In this document: positions 29,599 to 39,618 of the stretch, in pieces
How the letters are laid out: each line of letters opens with the position of its first letter
Position numbering within the stretch: the first letter of the stretch is position 1
Source of the DNA: an uncultured delta proteobacterium
Lineage (GTDB): Bacteria; Desulfobacterota; Desulfobacteria; Desulfobacterales; SG8-13
NCBI GenBank assembly: GCA_963848135.1
Contig: CAWKCK010000018.1
Location: 262,938 to 326,937 of the forward strand
DNA length: 64,000 bases
Direction: 5' to 3'
Notes under the pieces: generated by a model
Databases searched by the model: none
Told to the model about the DNA's origin: nothing
What the model saw: only the letters and a program-made list of their open reading frames with translations
Made by a program: the position numbers and the translations under genes

Positions 29599-29913
29599 CT
29601 AAACGCACCGAAATCCGAAAGACACAATCTTTTCATGAAAACATTGGCAACACAGGATGAGAAAACAGCTGCAACGCGACTGGCCAATATTTTATTCGTA
29701 GCCACCATAAACTTTGTGCAAAAGTCAAAAATATAGTGAGGAATTATAACACGACGAGTGTCCTGCGAAAAGCCGAAGATACCGCATCTTTCTCGTTTTC
29801 AATGGTAGGCAAGACAATTTGGGTCCTGCCGATCTGGCGTAACCCGACGATCACAAGTCTTATTTAGTTTTTTTAAAGACCTCCAGAAAATCTGGAAGTT
29901 TAACGGTAACTAT

Positions 29914-31170
29914 CTAAGTGTGATCCTGAGTGGTCACATTTCCCAGGATTTGCGTGTAAAAACTCAATACCTGTTGTTCCCAGATTTTTTTGTCGTACTT
30001 TTGAACGGCCTCCTTCCGCGCTGCGGCGCCAATTCGACGCCGCAGCGATGGATCGGACAGCAGGCTCGAACAGGCTTCGACAGCCGCCCTACCATCATTC
30101 AGTGGCACGAGGAACCCACCGCGTCCCGCTTTCAGAATGTCGCGGGTGCCGGGCACGTCGGTCCCCACCACCGGCACACCGCAAGCCATGGCCTCTACCG
30201 TCGACGTCCCGAACCCTTCATTCCGGCTCAACTGCAAGATGACATCGAAACCCGGGATGAAATCCTCCACCCGCTTTTGCCAGCCCGTCACAACGACAGA
30301 ATCATTTATAGCCAGTTCCACAGCCCGTCGCCGGGTATCCTTTTCGAGCGGGCCGGCCCCCACCATTACAAGATGCAGATTTTTGAAACTTTTTTTTAGT
30401 TCAGCAAAAACCTCGATCAGAGCTAAGGGCCTTTTCTGTTTCTCGATGCGACCCACAAATCCAACGACAAGGGCAGAATCAGGGAGATTCAGCCTGCGGC
30501 GCATGGCTGTGCGTTTATTCAGATCGGGCACAAAAATCGATGTATCGACGGAATTATGAATAACTTTTTTAATGGTGGGCGGTTGTACAAAGTTTCCATA
30601 CAAATCCATAAAGTGACTGAGCGCTCCCTGGGAAATCGCGTAGATCCCGCGAACGGACTGGAACGCCTCACTGTAAAGATTTTGGTGCCAGGGAGACCAA
30701 CCGCTTTTTCTAAATGCATTGCGAACGCTAAGGATGATCGGAAATCGCCCATAATGAGCGAGATACAGGCGGCTGCCCTCGAAACCTGACCAGGGTATAA
30801 AGATGTGGATCAGATCAGGTTTTTTTCCGGCAAAGGTTTGCCGAGTCATCCGCATGGATCGAAATTTATTGACTGATCGGGCAACGCGCCAGGTTTTATG
30901 TTCTATTTTGGCTCTCTGGAGGGCAGTGCGCGACCAAATCGGCAACTTCTCCCGCCACCACCAGCCCTCCATGAATGGTGGTGGATCGAAATCGACAACC
31001 GGTATACCCTCTTTCTGCAGTTCATCGGCCCATTCGTCAAGTGCGGCATGCCGGTTGATTGCTATCGATGGCAGATATCCGTTTTGTTTCAGTAGCCGGG
31101 CTTCAAGTCCCATGCGTAACTCAACCCCGCCGAGCATTGTCGAGAGACTGCAAAGTGTTATCCGCTTCAT
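29914..31170 (-). CDS. Glycosyltransferase family 4
   Basis: GGVE, IHNSVD, VGRIEKQKR, EGFGTSTVEAMACG. Confidence 0.92.
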   Translation of the reverse strand: MKRITLCSLSTMLGGVELRMGLEARLLKQNGYLPSIAINRHAALDEWADELQKEGIPVVDFDPPPFMEGWWWREKLPIWSRTALQRAKIEHKTWRVARSVNKFRSMRMTRQTFAGKKPDLIHIFIPWSGFEGSRLYLAHYGRFPIILSVRNAFRKSGWSPWHQNLYSEAFQSVRGIYAISQGALSHFMDLYGNFVQPPTIKKVIHNSVDTSIFVPDLNKRTAMRRRLNLPDSALVVGFVGRIEKQKRPLALIEVFAELKKSFKNLHLVMVGAGPLEKDTRRRAVELAINDSVVVTGWQKRVEDFIPGFDVILQLSRNEGFGTSTVEAMACGVPVVGTDVPGTRDILKAGRGGFLVPLNDGRAAVEACSSLLSDPSLRRRIGAAARKEAVQKYDKKIWEQQVLSFYTQILGNVTTQDHT

Positions 31171-31241
31171 TATTTTTCCAGCAAGAAGGTGGGTCCAATA
31201 TAGTTTACCAGTTGGATATTCCGCTCATATAAATTAGATTA

Positions 31242-32771
31242 TTATACGGAAGGCTTGGACCGTTTTAATGCTGCACGGTCGCGGAACCGTCTCGAAAAAC
31301 CTGTCATCTCGAATAGGCGACGACACAGGAGAAAGAATCGTTGAGATGGTTCTCGAAAAATCAAGAGCATGCAAAAAATATATGAAAGCGCCCCTATACC
31401 AGTGGCAATCAATACGGTCAATATCTCACCGACGCCGTTCGCCAAAGACATCTTGACCGTCTGCACAACACAGATCCACATGATCCCAGAAGATACGAAT
31501 GCGGGCAAAACGGCCTTTCCGAGCGTCTTCATCCGCAAATCAATTGCCCCGGCGGCAATCGCGATGAACCAGATGGCAAAACCCGACAGCACAACGGACA
31601 TCCCCGTGGCCACGCCAACGATACCAAAACGGGATCCCCAAAATACTGCTACCAAAAGAGGAATAACCTGAAAGGCATTCATCTTGAATTCGCGATTCGG
31701 AAGTCCCAATGCCATTAAGACCTGACCGCCGAGGCTGGCGATTGATCGGATAGTTGTAAAAGCGATAATGATTTTTAAGGGCAAAACGGCCGGTCTCCAC
31801 TTTTCTCCGTAAATGGCAGGGATGATTATTTCTGCTGTAGCAAGCAAACCGATGAGGCATGGAAACAAGATAATTGAAATGGTCTCCACGACCTTTAAAT
31901 ATAGCCGTTGCATTTCTTTGATATCATTTTGCAGCTGAGAAAATGCTGGAAATAAAACCTTTCCACAAACCCAAACGACGTTCTTAATCGGCCAATTAGC
32001 CAGATTATACGCGAACCTGTAAAGCCCCAGTGGCGCTGCCCCCAAAACCTTTCCAATAATGAGGTAGTCCCCATTTATATTCAAATAACGAAGAAGAGTC
32101 GTTCCAAATACATACTTGCCGAAAGTGAAAATGTCTTTCCAGTACTTCAGGCCCAATCGTAGGCGAGGCCTCCAGGGAACCATGTACCAAAGAAAGATTA
32201 TCCGAACCGGTTTGACAAACAAATCCGGTAAAACCAGACTCCACAGGCCACAACCACCGAGCACCATTCCTACTGCGATGATATCTTTGAGAACAGTGCA
32301 TATTATGTCGACCATTGATAATTTTTTGAAAGCCATATTCTTCGATAGCAGAGTCGCATGTGTACTACCAATCGACGATAGAATGAAGCCGCAGGCAAGA
32401 ATCTTGATGATCGGTTCGCTGATCGGATTGTTATAGAAACCGGCTGCATAAGGGGCGACCACTAAAGCTACCGCCGCTATAAAACCTGATACCATGACAT
32501 TCAGCCAGAAGGTGGAATTGGCATATTCATCGATATTCTGTTGCTGATGGACCAGCTTTGCGCCCAGGCCGAATTGTCCCAGTATAGCAATCATTTCCCA
32601 TACGACCATTGCAATCGCCACCATCCCGAAGTCTTCTGGCGCAAGGATGCGAGCCATCAAAATTCCCACGCCCAATGACAAAATACGTGTGATCGCATGA
32701 GCACTGAAATTCCATATCAGCCCCGATCCTATTTTCTGTGAAACCGATTTTCCCATTACTATATCATTCAT
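31242..32771 (-). CDS. wzx: Wzx flippase (WzxC-like polysaccharide biosynthesis protein)
   Basis: ARILAPEDFG, GLWSLV, IIGKVLGAAPLGLY, VLFPAFSQLQ; 12 or more TMs. Confidence 0.92.
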   Translation of the reverse strand: MNDIVMGKSVSQKIGSGLIWNFSAHAITRILSLGVGILMARILAPEDFGMVAIAMVVWEMIAILGQFGLGAKLVHQQQNIDEYANSTFWLNVMVSGFIAAVALVVAPYAAGFYNNPISEPIIKILACGFILSSIGSTHATLLSKNMAFKKLSMVDIICTVLKDIIAVGMVLGGCGLWSLVLPDLFVKPVRIIFLWYMVPWRPRLRLGLKYWKDIFTFGKYVFGTTLLRYLNINGDYLIIGKVLGAAPLGLYRFAYNLANWPIKNVVWVCGKVLFPAFSQLQNDIKEMQRLYLKVVETISIILFPCLIGLLATAEIIIPAIYGEKWRPAVLPLKIIIAFTTIRSIASLGGQVLMALGLPNREFKMNAFQVIPLLVAVFWGSRFGIVGVATGMSVVLSGFAIWFIAIAAGAIDLRMKTLGKAVLPAFVSSGIMWICVVQTVKMSLANGVGEILTVLIATGIGALSYIFCMLLIFREPSQRFFLLCRRLFEMTGFSRRFRDRAALKRSKPSV

Positions 32772-32848
32772 CCTTTTTGAAACGCCGTGTTACCGAAATA
32801 CCGCATCCCACATCGTTGTAGGAAGTTCTGTCGTAACAGTAAGTTTCG

Positions 32849-33877
32849 TCACCCCTCGTTCCGGTGACCGGCAAGAGTGCTGATAAATAATTTAACGCAC
32901 TCCTCTATTTGCCGCCTGGATACGCCATAATTAAAACTCCTGAGAAGATAATGCCATGAATCTCGCCATTGGTTTCTTTGGCGGCAGCGGTAGGATAATT
33001 TAACCAGGGTGTTTCTCAATCCTGCCCATACGGTTTTTCGTTCCAAACCGGAAAGGTCATATTCTCTTATATATTTTTTGAACAGATGGAGATGGGCGTG
33101 GTAGTCCTCCATCAGAACGTCCGTTTGGCTGAATTCAGTCAGGTTGCCGGAATGACGATATTGTATAAAGGTTGGACTCACTCTGCAGGCGAAGTCGGCG
33201 CAGGCCTCCTTGAACAGCCGAATGGCAAAATCGCGGTCTTCGGCAAGGCGGATATCTTCGTCGAACAGAATTCCGCCGGCAACCTCTCTACGAACCAATG
33301 AGCTGCCTATGTGAAAAAAATTTTCCCGAACCAGGGCTTCGAAGATATTATCCCTCAATAACCAGAACCCGTTTTGAAGATCTTTTTTGCGAAGGTTTTT
33401 TAAAACTATCTTTTGATCGAAAAAATCGCAAACATGCTTATCCGATTCGGCATCCATGACGCTGAAATTTCCGAATATCACTGTGGCTTTCGGGTTCATT
33501 TTAAAGCATGCCAAGGCTTCTGATATATGATCGGGAAGCCATTTGTCGTCGGAATCTAAAAAAGCCAACCAGTCTCCTGTGGCCGCTAAAATACCTGTAT
33601 TCCGGGCTCCGGAAGGTCCTTTTCTGCGGTGATTCAAGCAATAGATTACCGCAGGATATTGCCCCCGAAGCTTTTCAACAACGCCGGATGTATTGTCCGT
33701 GGATCGGTCATCGACAATGATTATTTCGAGGTTGGGATATCCCTGCCGAGCAACACTCGCTACCGCCCTATCAAGCAAATGGGCGCGATTGTAGGTGGGG
33801 ATTATCACGCTCACTTTTTCATACGTCGTTGTCGCTGGAGTACTAATCAATGCTTCCCCATCACTTCTCTTGACCAT
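32849..33877 (-). CDS. Glycosyltransferase family 2
   Basis: VSVIIPTYNR, VDDRSTD, GPSGARNTG, FLDSDD, EDRDF. Confidence 0.93.
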   Translation of the reverse strand: MVKRSDGEALISTPATTTYEKVSVIIPTYNRAHLLDRAVASVARQGYPNLEIIIVDDRSTDNTSGVVEKLRGQYPAVIYCLNHRRKGPSGARNTGILAATGDWLAFLDSDDKWLPDHISEALACFKMNPKATVIFGNFSVMDAESDKHVCDFFDQKIVLKNLRKKDLQNGFWLLRDNIFEALVRENFFHIGSSLVRREVAGGILFDEDIRLAEDRDFAIRLFKEACADFACRVSPTFIQYRHSGNLTEFSQTDVLMEDYHAHLHLFKKYIREYDLSGLERKTVWAGLRNTLVKLSYRCRQRNQWRDSWHYLLRSFNYGVSRRQIEECVKLFISTLAGHRNEG

Positions 33878-33880
33878 TCA

Positions 33881-35109
33881 TTATCGCATTTCAATGAGTG
33901 ACAAGAGCTTTGCCGTTTCCCGTTCGATGTTGCAGTTTTCGCCAACAAATCTGCGACCGGCTTTGCCCATTGCTTTGCGTTCGGGGCGCGGCAGTAGCGA
34001 TATTTTTTAAAGCATCTACCAAGGCATCGGTATCATTGGGTGGGACGACAATGCCGGCCGTCGCGGGGGATGATCTCCGGGATGCCGGCGACAGTTGTCG
34101 ATATACGGGTATTTCCATGGCCATAGCCTCGAGTATTGCCGTCGGGGTGGCATCCTGGTCGCCGTTGTTTGCAACTATGCACGGCAATACAAAAACGTCA
34201 CTCTCATCAAAGAGATCTTTCACGTATTCGGAAGGACGTGGGCCTTTCAGTTCGGCCCAATCTTCAGAGTCGTTTCTCCGGATAAATCTCGCTAAGCGTC
34301 ATATTCGGGCCTTCGCCCACAATACTCACTTTTACATCCATTCCTTCATCCACAACTTTCTTAAAGCTTCCAGCAGGTATATGATGCCTTTCTTTTCAAC
34401 CAGCCTGGCCACAGACTAATATCATCAGGCTATTGCGGCTTTCTCCTGCGTGAGGGTTAGTGTTGATCGGCTTGGCTGAAAAAGTTGTCAGATCGATTCC
34501 CAAGCGGATAACGACGATTTTTTCTTCAGGATATCCCGGAAAATATTCGTGCAGATACTTTTTGTTGAAATCGCATTCGGTAGAGACAAATTTAGCGTGT
34601 CTCATCTTCTCCTTGAGCATTTTGGGATGGACGTAGATGTCCAGTGCATGCGGGTGCATACTGTAGGGAATTCCAGTCACGGTCCCGGCCAGCATGGCCA
34701 TCTCAGCCGCTTCCATAGCAAAGTGGGCGTGAACGTGACCAATACCATTCCGGATGAGTTCACCTCCCAAATACAAGGCCTGCTTCAGCTTCCAAAACCT
34801 CGCGCTCTCGTATTTTTCCCATATAAATGAGAGTGTGCGTACTAATCGAAGTGGGTGCAAAAATCCCGCGATGACTGCATTTTCGAACTTTCGCCTCTTA
34901 CCAAGCTTATCGAAATAAGTGACTTCAGGTGCTATGGTTTCAGCCCTTGCATGGACAACTTCTTCTGCCGACCTGTTCATTGCAACCAACAGAATGTCGA
35001 CGCCTTTTTGCTTTAATTCCCAGATCTCATTTAAGATAAAGGTTTCAGATAGTTTGGGAAACGAGTTTAATATATAGGCTATTTTTCCTTTTGAAACATT
35101 ATGCCCCAT
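33881..35109 (-). pseudogene. GT4 (WcaL-like) glycosyltransferase broken by several single-base indels (pseudogene or assembly error)
   Basis: Intact N-terminal half (FPKLSETFI, HVHAHFA). Frame-hopping recovers SVARLVEKKG, IVGEGP, DVFVLPC...ATPTAILEAMAMEIPV, GIPEII and AMGKAGRRFV...LIEMR-stop (TAA at 33881-33883). Confidence 0.85.
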
Positions 35110-35113
35110 AGGG

Positions 35114-37072
35114 TCACTCCCCTTTTTTGAGCCGAAAAACGCGCACTGGATATTTCGCTTGGTCGTTTTCCATGATTAATTCATATTTATTGTCCACAAT
35201 GTCCTGAAGCCACTTAAGGTGTAACAAATATATTTTTTCTGTGTAGCCATCTAATACAATAATTTGAGGCGGATTCAATCGCATATCTTGTTCAATTCTC
35301 GCCGTGACTTCATCGCGCATACGGTAGCGATAGGTCAAGGGATGCGAAATCATTGCGACAGGACGACGATGTGACTCGAAATCCCATATAACCGCACCGG
35401 ACATCACGGCATCTCCCGGTTCACTGTTTCCTTCAATAACGGCAGTGATCTTTCGAAGCGCATCTATAGACCAGATTGAATCATACCGCATGTCCATTGT
35501 TGACGCAGCGAAAGTAGTACTCAGAACCAGGAAGTTTAAAACAAGGCTTAAATTCAAAAATCGTAGCCGTTTTGTAATTAAGAGCGTGGTTATGCCAACC
35601 ATGCCTAAGCTGACAAATACCAGAGCAATATTATTTGGTATCGCGTCGACCGCGCGACTTAATATGTATAAAAAAGCGAATACAGCCACCGAGAAGATAG
35701 CCAGCACTCTCGATCGCATCCTCATCTTTTCTCTGAGCAACAAAACGATGGCGAGTGCTCCGGTGACAACAACGATCTGAACACCTTTCGGTAAATTGAT
35801 GCCGGAATTTCCGACGATGAAAATGGCTGCAAGACCCGTAGCAATAATTATTGACGAATAAACCCATGTATTATTTCGCGTCCCTCGAAAAATTGTCTCC
35901 CAGGTATATGCAGCAAACAGGATAACCAAAATCGGTAGAAACTCCCTGAAATAGTCAATATAGTATCCGAACGTTTTATAATAATATAAGTATGCGATTG
36001 CAAGCAGTGCCACCCAGTTGAGGGATAAAAAATAACTTCTACCATACAGTGGGTTTAATATTGAGATAGCGCGACCTTTGAATACGACTCTTAAGGTTGC
36101 CCAGGCGACGCCAATGAATAGAAAGAGGTGCAGGAAGACGGTCCACTTTAAATAATGGAAAGAATAGATGGTCTTGGTCCCGAGCTTACCGCTTGCCTCA
36201 CCGGTAATTCCTGAATTCATACCGATTTTTATAGAAAGCAGGTGCCAGACTTTATTTGCAGCATTCAAAATAAGACCGACGGGATTCCCTTTACTATACA
36301 AAAGTTCATCCGCTGCGGTGAACTGCAAATAGAAAGCGAGGTAGGGTATAACGACAAGGGCATACCCTAAAAGATACCACCCAAACGCCCGCGCAGATGC
36401 CGAAATTTTGCGTTCATTTTCAGTGACGATTAAAACGAGTCCTAATAGCGGTAAAAAGAGTAATGATTCTCTCACATAATAGCCTAGCGCCGCAAAAAAT
36501 CCTGCGAGCAAAAGGAAAAACCGATTCCGTTCCCCTCGATACAGCAGCAGCATATAAAAACTGGCACACGCCAGCACATTGGCCAGCGGTTCGGTCTTTA
36601 CCACGACCGAGTTCAGTATTTCCAGCGGTAATAACAGGTAAACAATTGCAGCCAAAAGGGCGATTTTTTCATGAAACAATTTGCGGGCAATCAAGAATAC
36701 GAGGATTCCCGTCAGAAGGGAACACGTCATCGGAAAAAGGCGTCCATATAGAAGACCCATACCCCAGACCTTTAACCAAACGGCGTTGGCAAGTACATAA
36801 ACCGTTTGCCGGGCCCCGAAATCCACCTGAGGGATATATCCCTGCAATGTTAAAAGGCCGTCCATCAAATGGGCGCCTTCGTCCGGGTTGATCCACCGTT
36901 TATCCAGTAACCATAATCTAACGGTCAGGCTACAGATAAAAATGAAAAATAGCGCTAAATAACCGGCAAGTTGGCCATTACCCTGCGCCACCTCTTTCCG
37001 CACACCCGTCATCTTCGAAAGGCCCGGCCTTCCTCCGTCCATTGTATCTGAGATCCGTTCCGTTTGGGACAC
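35114..37072 (-). CDS. GT-C fold glycosyltransferase (ArnT/PMT_2-like)
   Basis: NPDEGAH first-loop motif, GRLF, KTEPLA, many TMs, periplasmic C-terminal domain. Confidence 0.83.
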   Translation of the reverse strand: MSQTERISDTMDGGRPGLSKMTGVRKEVAQGNGQLAGYLALFFIFICSLTVRLWLLDKRWINPDEGAHLMDGLLTLQGYIPQVDFGARQTVYVLANAVWLKVWGMGLLYGRLFPMTCSLLTGILVFLIARKLFHEKIALLAAIVYLLLPLEILNSVVVKTEPLANVLACASFYMLLLYRGERNRFFLLLAGFFAALGYYVRESLLFLPLLGLVLIVTENERKISASARAFGWYLLGYALVVIPYLAFYLQFTAADELLYSKGNPVGLILNAANKVWHLLSIKIGMNSGITGEASGKLGTKTIYSFHYLKWTVFLHLFLFIGVAWATLRVVFKGRAISILNPLYGRSYFLSLNWVALLAIAYLYYYKTFGYYIDYFREFLPILVILFAAYTWETIFRGTRNNTWVYSSIIIATGLAAIFIVGNSGINLPKGVQIVVVTGALAIVLLLREKMRMRSRVLAIFSVAVFAFLYILSRAVDAIPNNIALVFVSLGMVGITTLLITKRLRFLNLSLVLNFLVLSTTFAASTMDMRYDSIWSIDALRKITAVIEGNSEPGDAVMSGAVIWDFESHRRPVAMISHPLTYRYRMRDEVTARIEQDMRLNPPQIIVLDGYTEKIYLLHLKWLQDIVDNKYELIMENDQAKYPVRVFRLKKGE

Positions 37073-37120
37073 CCTATTGTCTGAGTTTTGATCTTGTTGT
37101 TAAATGACCGAAATGCGCAA

Positions 37121-38065
37121 TTACAAAACTTTCTCGATGTCAAACTTTGGTCGTGATCGCCCGTGAGTAAATATTATTATCTCGCCGAGCAGTCCGATTC
37201 CGGCAGCCTGTATTCCGATCATAGCCAAAAGCAATCCTAGCAAAATTTCTGGCCTGTGCCCGATTGGAACACCGGCCAAGAACTTTTCAAGTAAAACATA
37301 GGCCATTATCCCAATACCGCCAAGAACAAAAATCGATCCAATTGCGCTGAAAAACCTGAGAGGTTTCCATGTGAATCTTGTCGTGAAGAATAAAGTAAAT
37401 ATATCCACCAAACGAGACATATATTCCGAGAACCGATAAAAACCTGTTTTCCCTCGCTCCTGGTAGTGTTCACACATGACTTCTTTGTTTCTATACCCCT
37501 TACGTTCAGCCAGTATGGGAAGAAAACGGTACATATTGCCGTAAATCTCGACATCTTCGAGAACTTTTCGTCGGAAGAGTTTAACGGTGCAGCTGAGATC
37601 TTTTATTGCAGACCCGGTAGCCAATCTTACCAACCAATTGAACGCTTTCGACTGCACCTGATTGAATGAAGGATCTACTCTGTGCTGACGGCAAGGGGTT
37701 ACGATATCAGTATCCTCATTCAGGCTATCGATAATATCGCTCAGTGATTTACTTGTAATCTGCTGGTATGAACCACACACCAGCAGAATCCGTCCTGAAC
37801 TTTCCTTAAGAGCGGCTTTAAGGCACACTGCCTGGGGTATCTTTTTATTGAAAGCAAACGCTTTGACGTTTCCATCGGAGGTCTGCATCAATTCCAGTTG
37901 TTGCCTTAAAAATCCTTCTGTTCCATTAGCAATGATAAGGATTTCAAAAGACTCCGAACGGCAGGTAAATTCCTGGACGAGATTAGCAATGAATTGATGA
38001 AAATCATCTTGGGTTTCTTCTAATAATATTATGATTGAATACTTAATTGTCCGTCGTAAATCCAT
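37121..38065 (-). CDS. ArnC-like GT2 paralog with degenerate catalytic motifs (probable pseudoenzyme)
   Basis: C-terminal half clearly ArnC-like (DLSCTVKLFRR, YGNMYRFLP, GLLGE), but PxYNE, VDDGS and DxD are replaced by LLEET, IANGT and CGSYQ. Confidence 0.8.
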   Translation of the reverse strand: MDLRRTIKYSIIILLEETQDDFHQFIANLVQEFTCRSESFEILIIANGTEGFLRQQLELMQTSDGNVKAFAFNKKIPQAVCLKAALKESSGRILLVCGSYQQITSKSLSDIIDSLNEDTDIVTPCRQHRVDPSFNQVQSKAFNWLVRLATGSAIKDLSCTVKLFRRKVLEDVEIYGNMYRFLPILAERKGYRNKEVMCEHYQERGKTGFYRFSEYMSRLVDIFTLFFTTRFTWKPLRFFSAIGSIFVLGGIGIMAYVLLEKFLAGVPIGHRPEILLGLLLAMIGIQAAGIGLLGEIIIFTHGRSRPKFDIEKVL

Positions 38066-38156
38066 TCTGGAAGTCCTTGTCAGATCGAATAGCGGATTTT
38101 CTGAGGAGTTGTCAGTATTGATTGCTGAGGGTAAAGGGAGGGCTTTGGTGCATCTT

Positions 38157-38328
38157 TAGAGGGTGTTGAAAAACAATTCAACTTGACTATGCAGCGTTGA
38201 TGGTATTATCCGGAGCCTTCTTCCGCCGTCATAACAAAAAGCACCCATTTGGGGAGATATAGATTCAGACTTTTCTTCGAATTTCTCCCTTTCAAGCGGG
38301 TGCTCATGACGGTTTTCGACACCTGCTA
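38157..38328. repeat. MITE-like element with terminal inverted repeats
   Basis: TAGAGGGTGTTGAAAAAC ... GGTTTTCGACACCTGCTA (14/18 match); internal stems CCGTCAT/ATGACGG and AGCACCC/GGGTGCT. The right end overlaps the TAG stop of the 38326 gene. Confidence 0.6.
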
Positions 38329-39330
38329 ATCTTCTGCAGAATTTTGGGCAGCCACGTGAATTTCTTTTTTAAGCAGAGCTGGCATATGTGTATGAGAGAG
38401 ATCGCTCATCCCGACAATCAACTCTCCCAAGGTTCCCAGTAGCACGAGCTGCATCACCGACATGCCAGAAATAGCGGCCGATAAAAGGAAAAAGACCATT
38501 TTCCCTTCTGTCCAATTCATCGACCATGCGCATAGAGTCAGAATCACGAAAAATATCATGAGAAATAAAAAAGGAACTGCACAAAGACCAAAACCGACAA
38601 GAGGCATAGAGGAAAATCGTATAATAAGGTTCATCGAGAATATATCGCTGAAGACCTTGAATATTCTGTCAAAACCGTATTTCGAAACGCCGTGCTGTCT
38701 CGGATGGTGATTGACCGGCACCTCAGCAACTCTGGCACCGGTCATGCTGGCCAACGCCGGGAAAAATCGATGCATCTCGCCGTATCCCCCGATCGATTTA
38801 ATACATTCAGCCCGATAGGCTTTTAATGAACATCCGTAGTCGTGAAGATGAACACCGGTAGTAATCGAAATCAAACGATTGGCTATTTTAGAAGGTAAGA
38901 CACGTGACCAGTGATCCTTACGGTCTTTACGCCAGCCGCTAACGATGTCGTAGCCCTCCTTCATTTTCTTGAGTAATTTCGGAATGTCGGCAGGGTCATT
39001 TTGAAGGTCACCGTCGAGTGTTATAATGATTTGGCCCTTGGAATTTTCGAATCCAGCAACCATGGCACTCGTTTGACCATAGTTTTTCCTTAACTTTATT
39101 CCCTTAACTTTTATAAAGATGCTTTTAGTTTGCTGAATAACTTCCCACGTTTTATCTTTAGATCCGTCGTCTACTAAAATTATTTCGTATTCATATTTGT
39201 TTTTTTGACATACGCTATCTATCTTGTTAACGAGTTCATTTATCGATTCTTCTTCATTATATAATGGCACCACAATGCTTAAACTTTCGTTATGCGTTCC
39301 AGTTTTTTGCATCGAGGTATTTTTTTGCAT
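38326..39330 (-). CDS. GT2 polyprenol-phosphate glycosyltransferase (ArnC-like)
   Basis: PLYNEE, VDDGS, NYGQ, DGDLQNDP, VSGWR, HDYGCSLKAYR, NHHPR; two C-terminal TMs. Confidence 0.93.
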   Translation of the reverse strand: MQKNTSMQKTGTHNESLSIVVPLYNEEESINELVNKIDSVCQKNKYEYEIILVDDGSKDKTWEVIQQTKSIFIKVKGIKLRKNYGQTSAMVAGFENSKGQIIITLDGDLQNDPADIPKLLKKMKEGYDIVSGWRKDRKDHWSRVLPSKIANRLISITTGVHLHDYGCSLKAYRAECIKSIGGYGEMHRFFPALASMTGARVAEVPVNHHPRQHGVSKYGFDRIFKVFSDIFSMNLIIRFSSMPLVGFGLCAVPFLFLMIFFVILTLCAWSMNWTEGKMVFFLLSAAISGMSVMQLVLLGTLGELIVGMSDLSHTHMPALLKKEIHVAAQNSAED

Positions 39331-39418
39331 TTTATTATAAACTTTTTTAGTTATTTGTTTATTTTATTTTGAATCACTTTTACCTAGGTTGAGCGGTTTC
39401 CCGCCCAGGCGGAATTCA

Positions 39419-39585
39419 CGGTTCCAAGTTAAAGAGCCATAACTGGCCTCTATCAATCGTATTACGCATCAATTGGGTTGATTTCTATGTTTCACCCAAT
39501 GGGTGAAAGCGTTCAATCCAAACAATAGAGTGTAAAGTTAAAGTAATCAGTATTTTATAACCTTTGAACCCTGAACCTGGAACCG
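39419..39585. repeat. Palindromic intergenic element with GAACC short tandem units
   Basis: CGGTTCCAAGTT ... AACCTGGAACCG termini (11/12), internal TTTCACCCA-A-TGGGTGAAA palindrome, and AACCTTTGAACCCTGAACCTGGAACC tandem units. Confidence 0.5.
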
Positions 39586-39618
39586 ATCTGTTTAGATTTT
39601 ATTTGATTAATTCTAATT

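Noticed and set aside
29700..29740. Possible IS end relic (ACTTTGTGCAAAAGTC)
   Set aside because: No partner repeat or transposase fragment was found.
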